From assembly GCF_009914755.1 (NCBI RefSeq), contig NC_060941.1: 64,000 bases of DNA, one strand, 5' to 3'. Position numbers and translations under genes: made by a program. This document shows, piece by piece, positions 36,905 to 48,817 of the stretch (the stretch's first letter is position 1; the number at the start of each line of letters is the position of its first letter). The notes beneath the pieces were generated by a model. The model did not search any database. It had not been told where the DNA came from and saw nothing but the letters and a program-made list of their open reading frames with translations. Source of the stretch: the human T2T-CHM13v2.0 reference genome, Homo sapiens.

Positions 36905-37267
36905 GAGAGAGAAGTGCAGAGTTCGATTCTGTACAAGGGGGCAGCGGCAGAAGGCCGGCCGGGCGGGTCACTGGGCGTCCACCCGGAAGGACAGCAGCTT
37001 CTCGGAATGCATGTTGTTCAGGGTCCGCAGGTCCGGCAGCTTGAGCAGCAGCTTGGTGAAGCGGGAAGTCTCCAAGGGCCGGTTCTTCAGCACCAGAGCC
37101 CGAAGAGCCCGCAGCAGCGTCTCCTGGAGCTGCTCCACCGAAGCGGAATTCTCCATGCCCGAGCGGTCTGTGGGGAAGACGACAGCAGTGAGGCGGACTC
37201 CCCGAGCTCCTCTGAGGAGGAACCGGAGGTCTGCGAGGACCTGGCAGGCAATGCAGCCTCTCCCTGA
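36905..37267 (+). CDS. THRA: THRA exon 10 coding part, TRalpha2 C-terminus ([12 protein letters not shown]...LAGNAASP*); TRalpha3 acceptor at 37022
   Basis: Acceptor cttttcgtctcgtaaag|G; 1110+363 nt = 490 aa; alternative ttcag|G acceptor 117 nt downstream gives 451 aa. Confidence 0.95.
   Translation, partial: EREVQSSILYKGAAAEGRPGGSLGVHPEGQQLLGMHVVQGPQVRQLEQQLGEAGSLQGPVLQHQSPKSPQQRLLELLHRSGILHARAVCGEDDSSEADSPSSSEEEPEVCEDLAGNAASP
36968..37167 (-). CDS. NR1D1: NR1D1 exon 8 coding part (DRSGMENS...[16 protein letters not shown]; His602, no helix 12)
   Basis: cacag|AC; TGA at 36970-36968; 200 nt. Confidence 0.98.
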
Positions 37268-37419
37268 AGCCCCCCAGAAGGCCGATGGGGAAGGAGAAGG
37301 AGTGCCATACCTTCTCCCAGGCCTCTGCCCCAAGAGCAGGAGGTGCCTGAAAGCTGGGAGCGTGGGCTCAGCAGGGCTGGTCACCTCCCATCCCGTAAGA
37401 CCACCTTCCCTTCCTCAGC

Positions 37420-37752
37420 AGGCCAAACATGGCCAGACTCCCTTGCTTTTTGCTGTGTAGTTCCCTCTGCCTGGGATGCCCTTCCCCCTTTCTCTGCCTG
37501 GCAACATCTTACTTGTCCTTTGAGGCCCCAACTCAAGTGTCACCTCCTTCCCCAGCTCCCCCAGGCAGAAATAGTTGTCTGTGCTTCCTTGGTTCATGCT
37601 TCTACTGTGACACTTATCTCACTGTTTTATAATTAGTCGGGCATGAGTCTGTTTCCCAAGCTAGACTGTGTCTGAATCATGTCTGTATCCCCAGTGCCCG
37701 GTGCAGGGCCTGGCATAGAGTAGGTACTCCATAAAAGGTGTGTTGAATTGAA
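37420..37752 (+). mobile_element. LINE2 3' end fragment
   Basis: gttccctctgcctgggatgcccttcccc...ctcaagtgtcacctcc...ctagactgtg...tgtatccccagtgcc...gcctggcatagagtaggtactccataaa...gttgaattgaa follows the L2 3' consensus. Confidence 0.85.
37730..37735 (+). terminator. THRA: Candidate TRalpha2 poly(A) signal CATAAA (variant) inside an L2 3' end
   Basis: Variant hexamer at the position of the L2 consensus CAATAAA, just before NR1D1 exon 7. Confidence 0.55.
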
Positions 37753-37796
37753 CTGCGTCTGCCTCCTCCCCCGGGTCAGGCGAGAGCCTGACCTAC

Positions 37797-38007
37797 CTGC
37801 AGAGACAAGCACCACCGCGGTGAAGAGGCCCAGCTCCTCCTCGGTAAGCGCCAGGGAGTTGAGCTTCTCGCTGAAGTCGAACATGGCACTGAGCAGGTCT
37901 CCCATGCCCATGGCACCAAGCTCCTGCAGGCTGTAGGTGGTGCGGCTTAGGAACATCACTGTCTGGTCCTTCACGTTGAACAACGAAGCAAAGCGCACCA
38001 TCAGCAC
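37797..38007 (-). CDS. NR1D1: NR1D1 exon 7 (VLMVRFASLF...AVVLVSA)
   Basis: ctag|GT...CAG|gtaggt; 211 nt. Confidence 0.98.
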
Positions 38008-38433
38008 CTAGGAGGGAAGGGGAACAGTCATCCTGGGTGTGGTGGGAGGAGCACTGACCAAATCGCCCCTGTAGTTTGCCAGAGGGTTTAGCGGTGCTGC
38101 CTTCGATTTCTCAGTAGAGTGGGGGTTGTTTCTGAATGGCCAATGAGGGAGCCCAGGTGGAAGGATGGCTTTGGGATCCAATAAGCCTGAATCTGAGTGT
38201 CAGCTTTGTCACTACCTGTGACCTTGGGCAAGGCATTCACCAAAGTTAATCTGCTCTTGTCTAGAATGGGGGCAGCAGTGCACCCAAGGCATTATTTCAG
38301 TGTAATGGGTTGTGATTAAATTCCAGCTGAGATGACAGAAGTCCCAGCCATCAAGAGGAAGCAGCAGGAGCCGCTCAGCCCCTTTCACCAATCAGGCTAT
38401 AAGGACAAAGATACTGGGTTCCAAAACCTTTCA

Positions 38434-38811
<378 letters not shown>

Positions 38812-38819
38812 TCACTCAC

Positions 38820-39005
38820 CTCAAAGGTGCCAGCCTTAAGCAGGGTGACTTGGTCATGCTGAGAAAGGTCACGGAAGCCCGGGATGTGTTTGGCAAACTC
38901 TACCACCTCCCGCACAGCGGGCGTGAAGCTCATGGAGAAATCCTCCCAGATCTCCTGCACCGTTCGCCCACTGCGTCCATGCGGGTACATGTTCATAGGA
39001 CATGC
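38820..39005 (-). CDS. NR1D1: NR1D1 exon 6 (ACPMNMYP...KAGTFE; heme-ligand Cys418)
   Basis: ccag|GC...GAG|gtgagt; 186 nt. Confidence 0.98.
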
Positions 39006-39329
39006 CTGGGGGAGGAATAAGATTGAAGGAGGGGAGTGTCAGCCAGGCTGGGTCAGATGGACGCCCCGAGCAGAGCTGGACCCCAGATTCTGCCTGGGCT
39101 AGGGGCTGTGGCCCTGAAGGATGGGTCTTTCAGATAAAGTAGCAATTAGGTGCCAGGTGGAGATTAGGGATTCCCAGGCAGAGTCCAGACTGCAAGGCAA
39201 GACATTTTCTCCTGGGAAGATGCTATCCCCACACTCAGCCTCCAGGAACCCCCAGCTGCCCTACACTAAGTCCATTCTGCCAGGCCCCCACAATCTTCTT
39301 AACGCACTCGCCCGCCCCCATGCCCTTAC

Positions 39330-39973
39330 CAGCAGAACATTCTTTGAGTTGCCCTGCCGGGGACTGTTGGCAGGTGCCTTGCCTTCTGGGGCTGCATACA
39401 CGTGGGTGGGGCATAGACGGTGCCCGTTGCTGTTGGACTGGTGGCAGCTGTGGTGTGCAGGGCCAGGAGGCCAGGTGGGAGGGTAGGAGGAGGGAGCCTG
39501 GCGCAGACCATTTAGGGCCTCGTTATGACGCTGGGCAGCCAAGGTGTTGTTGTCATTGGGGGCAGGTGGGCAGCCCTGATTTTCCCAGCGATGTGGGGTG
39601 GTGGCTGGAGGGCTACCTGATGCATGGTTGGCATTGAAGTTGCCAGGTGAGCTGCCCAGCTTGTCATGGGCGTAGGTGAAGATCTCTCGATGGGCCCGGG
39701 CCACCTGGGATATCACATCCTCCACTGTGGGCTCAGGGCTTGGGGATCTGGGAGGCGTCAGCTGTTGTGGAAACTGGGAGAAGCCCACCAGGGGTGAGGG
39801 GACCGGAGCAGGGGGTGGCGAGGGGCCCATGGGGCCTGGGGTGGGGTGCTGGGTGGGTGAAGTCTCCAGCGGGCACTGGCTGCTCAACTGGTTGTTGGCC
39901 AGGTTCATGGCACTCTGCATCTCAGCAAGCATCCGCTGCTTCTCTCGTTTGGGGATGCGCCCAAAACGCACAG
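39330..39973 (-). CDS. NR1D1: NR1D1 exon 5 (AVRFGRIPKREKQ...SKNVLL)
   Basis: gcag|CT...CTG|gtaagg; 644 nt; ORF track 39261-39971. Confidence 0.98.
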
Positions 39974-40329
39974 CTGCAACAGGATGAGAACAGCATCAGG
40001 AAGTTCTCAACCATGCTCACGTGCTTCTCTTCCTTCCTTCCTCCTGAAAGGGCAAGGCCCTGAAGGCTTGGGGTTTCACATCAAAACTAAAACCAGCAAG
40101 TCCCCACCCATCAAGGGGGTTTCCCTAGGAGGGATTGCTGGTAGGAGGTGACCCGAGGGACCAATGGGATAGAAGTATATGTTGACCCAAGCAAATGAAG
40201 GATGGACATCCCCTGTGCACATGTGATTCACAGTATGATGTGTCTCCATTTGTGACTTTTTTAAAGGGAAGGATTAATTCAGAAACTTTGGGCGGAAGAA
40301 AGGGGGAGGATGTGGGGATGCTGCCTCAC

Positions 40330-40474
40330 CGTCTCGAGACATGCCCACAGAGAGACACTTCTTGAAGCGACATTGCTGGCAGCGGTTGCGATTGATGCGG
40401 ACGATGGAGCAATTCTCATTCTTCAGACACCTTTTGTACTGGATGTTCTGCTGGATGCTCCGACGGAAAAAGCC
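40330..40474 (-). CDS. NR1D1: NR1D1 exon 4, second zinc finger ([13 protein letters not shown]...GMSRD)
   Basis: ccag|GG...ACG|gtgagg; 145 nt. Confidence 0.98.
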
Positions 40475-40577
40475 CTGGAGGGCAGGGGTGGTTAGTGACC
40501 ACCTCCATCATGGCTGGGCCTCTGTGTCCAGGGGGAGGGGGCCACCTGCCCCTGCCCTTACCCCCAGTCCGCCTCAC

Positions 40578-40666
40578 CTTGCAGCCCTCGCAGGCGTGCA
40601 CACCGTAGTGGAAGCCCGAGGCAACGTCCCCACACACTTTACACAGTAACACCATGCCATTCAGCT
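40578..40666 (-). CDS. NR1D1: NR1D1 exon 3, first zinc finger ([29 protein letters not shown])
   Basis: acag|AG...AAG|gtgagg; 89 nt. Confidence 0.98.
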
Positions 40667-40951
40667 CTGTGGAAGAGACGGGCAGCAGGTGAGCAGGAGA
40701 GGCCAGGCTGAGTGGCCACAGGTGTGGAGGCTTTCTGGGCCGGAGATCCAGGGAGGGAAAAGCTAAGGAGGAACTCCAGTGTTGAGGGGCACTGGAGTGA
40801 CAAAACTGGGCTGAAGAGGGGCTGGTGCCACTCTAGGAGAAATCCCTGAAGCCAGAATAGGTCCTGGCAAGACTGGTGTCACGTAAAAACCCATTCCCAA
40901 TCTGGCCCTGGCCTGCTTCCCTTCCCCCGAATCAGCTGGAAAGGTACTCAC

Positions 40952-41290
40952 TGGTGATGTTGCTGGTGCTCTTGCTGGGGGACACTCGGCTGCTGTCCTC
41001 CATGGCCACTTGTAGACTCCCAGGGGGGCTCCCATTATAGAAGGAGGAGGAGGATGACGACGAGGAAGATGAGGAAGAAGGGGAGCCGTCATCACTCAGG
41101 CTGGGTGGAATGCTCCCAAAGGAGCGAGCCGGGTCTTGGGTGAGGGAGCCAGTGGGGGATGGTGGGAAGTAGGTGGGACAGCCTTGGGTCAGGGACTGGA
41201 AGCTGCCATTGGAGTTGTCACTATAGAGGGATTCAGGGCTGGTGCGGCTTGGGGAGGAGCCACTGGAGCCAATGTAGGTGATGACGCCAC
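40952..41290 (-). CDS. NR1D1: NR1D1 exon 2 (Ser-rich A/B domain, poly-Ser)
   Basis: ccag|GT...CCA|gtgagt; 339 nt. Confidence 0.97.
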
Positions 41291-42899
41291 CTGGAGAGAG
41301 AACAAAAGGAAAGGGGGTGTCAGCCGCCATGTCTCCGGACCTAGGGTGCCACTGTGCTCATCCCCACCTGTCTGCCCAAAACATTGCTGGCCACTCAGTT
41401 CACCATGTGGAGCCCCTAATCTTGGAGTTAATAAGCAATTCCCCAACACACAGTAGACATGGCATGGCCAAGCAACACCTACGACCCTTTGCAGGCCACC
41501 TTCAGCTTCTGCTTTCAGTATGAGGCATGACCCCTGTGGCATCTCGCATATGTGCCCCCCTTCCTTAGTTGCCTTCCTTGGGAATATCGACTGCAGCTAA
41601 TGACTTAGTTGTCAGTTGAAGATCTGGGGATGGGATGGGCAGCTGAGCACCATTCAAAGTGCCCAGTCCTCCAAAAACAAAAACCCAGCTGCTGATTTTA
41701 ACACTAAGACCATTCCAGGAATGAGACCATGGACCATGGAGAGATAGGTAGCCAACAGTAAAGAGAATGGAGGGTTTACAAAAGTAAGACAGTCACATTC
41801 CCCCCAGTTGGGGACATATATTCTCTGAAGGAAATGAAGGGAAGGAATCTGCCCAGCCTGGTTCCCCTGGCCTCTTAAGAGAGTGAGCCACAGTGGAGTC
41901 TATCCCTGTGTCCAAAAAGGACTTCGAGGTGCGAGTTGCAGGAGGTGGAAGTACAAACTGTCCAGCCTGGGGCTCTAAAATTCCCCCTTCAGATCTCAGC
42001 CTGGTAACAATGACCTTGGCTCTCTGGCCATTCAGGGACTTTGACCCTCTGGTTACATTGCCAATGAGGTGGCTGTGCTCCCGTGGTATTAGCAGGAGAA
42101 AAAGGTGACCTGCCTGCCACACCTCCGGCAAGCACCTAGATTGGTCTGCCATGGGCGGGGTGGGAGAAGGGAGGATCCCAGGACACATGTGACCTAACAC
42201 ATGCCATGCCACTGTGTCTGCAGAGGCACATGTCTTGCTCACCCACTGACACACACTGAACTGGGCAGGGCGGCCCTAAAATAGCTCAAGGTTGGTCAGG
42301 GTGAACCCAGCTCCTTGGAAAATAGTTGCACAACAGATCAGCTCCCCCGGTTTCAGGGCTGAGGTGGGGGATGGAATCATTAGTTGGCAGTAAATGAAGT
42401 TGACCTAGTTCACCCATCCCCCAAAAAGGAGTGAGACCTTCATGCAGAGGCTTCCAACGTGGAAGTGAGGAGCATACTCAAGAGTCTAGGTCTAGGTCTA
42501 GACCCATCACTACCAACTTATTTTGTGACCTAGAGGACATCAACTCCCCTCTTTGGGTCTCAGTTTTCCTTTCTGTGAGAAAAAAAGGACAGTATCATTT
42601 CAGCTATGATTGTGGGGTGCAGTTGCTTTGGGGAGCCCTTAGTAGGCAAACTGCAGCTTGTCTGGTGGAGATGGGGGTAAGACAATGCTCGCAGAACTAA
42701 GGAGAGAGAAGCTTGGGGAACAGGAATTTGTAATGTGGGGAAGCTGAGTCTAAATGCAGTACGGTGAAGTAGGTGCAAATAAGAGTGAAGTGGAAAGGAG
42801 TGAGAAGGGTGGTTAGGGGTGAGGTCTCTTTAGGGAGTGTAAAACAGAAGGCCATGAAAGGTCAGGAATGGCTCCATGTTACTTTGTTTTGGTGATGGG

Positions 42900-43550
42900 G
42901 GAGGGGGCCGGGCAGGCGGACCGGAAAAGGAGGCAGGCGGGGGCGGTGAGTCAGCCCAGCTTCACCCAGATCTCGGCGGGGCGGGGCAGGGCGGGAGCTG
43001 GGCCCTCAGCCGGCCTCACGTCCCTGCTCCACGTGTGCCTCTCGCACGTGGCTCCCCAACGAGGAACCCCGGAACTCGAGGCCCCGCCCTCCTCGCTTCC
43101 CGTCAATCGAGAGCAGTCGCCCCGCCTCCTACCCGCCCTTCCCCGGCCACCAGGTCGTGGGCTGGACCCCGAACGATAGCAGGGCCAGGACAACCTAGGG
43201 GAGGAGAGAAGGGAACACGCGTTGCCGGGGCGACCGGGGGGGCGGAGCTCATTATGTAACGAGGCCGGGAGGCAACGACCAATGGGGTGGCAGCCACGGC
43301 TTCTGCTGAATGAAAACAAACGCAGCACGTGGGCCCGGCTCTAGAGCCATGTGAGCCCTCCCGGCGGCCGGAGCCCTGTAGGTGCCCTCCCTCGGGCCGG
43401 GCACCACGCTCTGGACTCCTCAAGTGTCGCTCCCTCCTGTCACTGAGGATTCCCCAGTGAGATCCGAACGATTCTCCCAGCCCCTCCTTCCCTGAACCCC
43501 ATCGCGCCACTCTTCTCAGATTCCCTCGCGCCTGCAGGAACTAGAGGAGG
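42900..43550. promoter_or_regulatory. NR1D1: NR1D1 intron 1 circadian enhancer or internal promoter
   Basis: CpG-rich; CACGTG at 43030, 43045 and 43326; D-box TTATGTAA at 43252-43259; CCAAT near 43280; RORE-like TGACCTAGTT at 42401. Confidence 0.85.
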
Positions 43551-43950
43551 GGGAAGACAAGAGGGGAGGGGGTCCGTTTTCTGAGGCCAGGCATACTACA
43601 GCTGCAGGTAGTGGACAGATGGGGCCGTTTCGGGGCACTGTTCCAAAGCTCCCAGTCCCCCTAAATTCTTCGCTTCACCACCCGTACCTCCTCTCCATTT
43701 CCTCCTGCCCAGGGATTCGAGGCTCAAGGGAGCTTTGGGACTCTGAGGGGTGGTGATGGGGCGTTTCTGAGAGCATTTCCAGCCCGAACAAGCCGCTCTG
43801 GAAATCCCACACTAAAGCACCGCAGCACGTTAGCAAATCTCCGGGCCGAGGGACACCCCAGTCCCTTACAAAGTTCCTCTTTTTATAAGGCGTAGATGGA
43901 GGTGGGGAGACAGTGACAGGGAAAAGATGATAGTAAAGAAATCTCAGTAC

Positions 43951-43981
43951 CTGTGTTGTTGTTGGAGTCCAGGGTCGTCAT
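43951..43981 (-). CDS. NR1D1: NR1D1 exon 1 coding part (MTTLDSNNNT)
   Basis: ATG at 43981-43979; donor CAG|GTACTG; 31 nt. Confidence 0.96.
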
Positions 43982-43999
43982 GTCTTCACCAGCTGAGAG

Positions 44000-44960
44000 C
44001 GGTCATTCAAACTGGACCTTGACTCAAACTAGAGGTTGCGATCGCCGCTGTTGCCCCCTGGGCACTGGCTAAGGGCGGGGAGTGGACCCCGCGACTCACG
44101 ATCAGGATCCGAAGCACCCTGCAGCAAGGTCTTGGGGTGGCCGGACTGCAGCCCTGCAGAAGGGTTGGACGTTGAGGCAACGGAGTTCTGCTTTGCATGG
44201 GAAGAGCAGAGAGAGTGTGTAGGGGGAATCAGCCTGCAGTAGTTCTGGCTAGAAGGTAGCAAGGAGGGTCGGGTCTCTGCAGTGTACGGGGTGCCTCTGC
44301 CTGCCGGCTCCGCAGCGCTGCGGGGTGGCGAATCTGGAGCTCCCGGTGCAAAAGTCCCAGAGGAAGAGAGGTTGCAACCAGGAAGTAAGTAGGTGATGGG
44401 GAGAAACGGGGCACCGAGTCGCAAAGAGGCGAGACGTGTGCCCTGCTACGTTCCCTCGGCAGTAATATTTCACTCTGCCAATCTCAGCCGCCTTTTGCCC
44501 GAGCCTTTCCCTGGGACAGAGGGCTCTGCGCAGGCGCCAGCAGCCCAGGGTTCCCGGGCCGCACGCGGCACTGGAGCAGGTACCATGTGATCCCAGGGAG
44601 CGCCTCGTGCCCCAGTGACACACTTTTCCAACAGCCGGCACGTTGAGCTCTTGCGCGCCTGCGCAACGACAAGACTGTCGGGATTTGTAGTCCACCGACA
44701 AAGTGGGCGGACTGCGTGCCTTTCCCCTTTCTGCCTGGCAAAGCGCTTGCCGGGACCTGGGAGGAGCTGAGAGTGGGGTGGGGTGGGGTGCGCTGAAGAG
44801 TCAGGGTGGCGTGTTTAGAAAGCCTGTATGGCAGGGGCATGTGAATTTCTGGGGAGGGACTGGCAAGCTTGTTTGCTGTCTGGGAGATCAAAGCTAAGAG
44901 GCCCTTTCTGCAAACCTTGCAAACGTGAGGGCTTCACGTGATTGCAGGACTGACCTCGTC
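44000..44960. promoter_or_regulatory. NR1D1: NR1D1 promoter/exon 1 CpG-rich region with E-box (44935-44940) and ACTACA-nn-TCCC ZNF143/THAP11-type motif (44680-44693)
   Basis: Motifs read directly; CpG-rich. Confidence 0.75.
44608..44627 (-). promoter_or_regulatory. RevDR2 autoregulatory element AAAAGTGTGTCACTGGGGCA
   Basis: Sequence matches the known Rev-erb-alpha promoter DR2; adjacent E'-box CACGTT at 44639-44644. Confidence 0.85.
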
Positions 44961-45567
44961 CTGAGGTTACTGGTGACCGGGAGAGAGAGAAGCCGGGGAG
45001 GGAGATTTCCCTGGAGTCAGGAGCTTAGGCTGCCCTCTGCTTCAGGGCAAAGTCCAGAGAAGGAAAGGAAATGTGACCCCCTTTCCCTTCTACTCGCCTT
45101 AGGGAGAACACCTCCAGGGGAAGGAGTTCCCACAGAGGTAGGGATGTCTGTAGGGACTCCCTGTTTGCTTGTATGACACCATTCCACCCACTCCAGTTGA
45201 CTTTGGGGTGAGTCATTTCCCTTTGTCTGGGAAATAAAAAGGACAACAGAGGGGAACTAATAGTGAAAGTGCTTTGAGGTCCTAAAGTAATGGGGAAGAG
45301 GTGAGGCAGGGGGTGGGGGCAGAGTGACACCCCTGCCCCTCGGTGCTGGAGGATAAAATATGAATTCCACAGAAGATTACTACTCAGAGGGGAACATGTA
45401 GATCATCTTAAGCCTCCCTCTTTTTACTAGTGGGGAACAGGAAGCTTAGGAGAAGTGACCGACCCAAGGTCAGACGTCCATTGCTAGTTTCATCTGCCCA
45501 CCCCGAATGGGAAGGTGGGTAGATGTACAAGTGAAATACTGAACAGGGGTTAGAAACAGCCAGCATT

Positions 45568-46890
<1,323 letters not shown>

Positions 46891-47946
46891 CTAGGCTTTA
46901 GCTTTGTTCTCCTGCTCCCAAGAAAAGTGGGAGAGAGAGGGCAGTGGGCTCTTCTCTGGCCCTTTGGCCCAGAGTTGGGAAGCTGCAGCAGAGTGTGGGA
47001 GCAACTGGGAGGGGCTAAAACAAACAAGGAAAGAGGCTTTTCAGGAAAACTTGGTTCTCAGCCTCCACCCCCTCTCCCTCCACCCTCTGGGCTCTGGAGG
47101 GAAAGCTAGGAGGTGAATTGCCCTGTCCTGCCCTTGCCTGCTCTCTGTGACCTTGACTCCAAGTCAGAGCCAGGGCCAGAGCCCAGGTGTCTGTCAGGGC
47201 TGGACTCAAAATCAGGACCCCTGGCGTGCATCTAGCTCCCCACAGCACAGCACCACCACTAGCACCCTCCCTTTACTTGGCCGGGGTCCTCCCCAAGGCC
47301 CACAGCTCTGTTTGCTGCTGTGGAGGTCCTACCCACCCCCTGTATACTTGCTGGATGTTTGTTCTTCTAGGAGTGGGAGCTGGGGTGGGTCAAGACTCCT
47401 CGCCTGCTGCAATCAGTGAGAAGGAGGAGGGAGCAGAGGTAGAGAGAGCTGAAATTCAGTCAGCCTGACTCTCCTCTTGGCAAAACCTGGGTGGTTCTGC
47501 AGTCTGTGTGTGGTGTGAAGGCAGAGGCTGGGAGGGAGGGGGCAAAGGAGAGGGGTTACCCCCTTGCTCCTTCCTTCCTTCCTTTCCATTTCTTATAGGG
47601 CCCTTCCTTTTCTCCCTCACAAGTAATTCGGGTGTCTTTCTTCTACAGCTGGTGAGAGGAGTACAGAATGAAAAGGCAGGGTTCTCTCTTGGCCCCAGAA
47701 GCTTCTAGTCAGTCTGTGTACCCTGCTCCTTTCTCTGTCAGCAGCTGCTGGGAGAAGGGCAGAAACTCTGAGACCCAAAGCCACCAAAGGGAGGGGGGAA
47801 AGGCTGGGTTGTCTGGCTCTGGGTGATTCGGAGTAGAATCTTGGTTTCTCTTTGACCTCAACCTTGGCTGTAAGACCTTAAGACAACAGGTGTATCTCAA
47901 CACAACCTTCCTCACCTATCCCTCCAGCTGGACATTGCTGTTCACT

Positions 47947-48233
<287 letters not shown>

Positions 48234-48786
48234 TGCTGTTCACTTCTACACACACACACACACACCCCATTTCTCCCATAGCCCAGTTCAACTCAAGAAA
48301 GCACTTAACTCTTCATAAATAGTACTCAGATTGGATCCAGGTAGAAAAGATGCATATTCACAACCTGGTACAGCAAGGCACTGCCCTGGTTCTGCATACA
48401 CTTCCACTTGGATTCCCAAGTCTGGGATTCTGGGGACGAACCTTCCCATTAGGGGCAGTGTTGGATCCTGCCTGTGTGTTTCCAAATATGTCTTTAATTT
48501 TCCTTGATTTATTTGGACTGCAGAGGACAGCAGACACAGAGGAGAAGAAGGAAAGGTATTGAGAACACTAAGCTCTGGTCAGTTATGTATGTGTGCACGT
48601 GTGTGTGTGTGTGTGTGTGATTCTATGACTATGAGTGAGACTGCATGTTTGTGTGTGAGTGTGAATGCTGTGTGTGTGGGTGTGCATGTTTGATCTGAGA
48701 TCTGTTCTCCCTGTCAGTAGGTTGTTCTGGGTAACAGGGCAACACCCTGTGCAAATTCTGGGTGGCCTAAATCTTGGGCCAACTGC

Positions 48787-48817
48787 TTGACTGACTGACT
48801 GACTGACTGACTGACTG
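48787..48817. repeat. (CTGA)n tetranucleotide repeat
   Basis: Seen directly. Confidence 0.9.
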
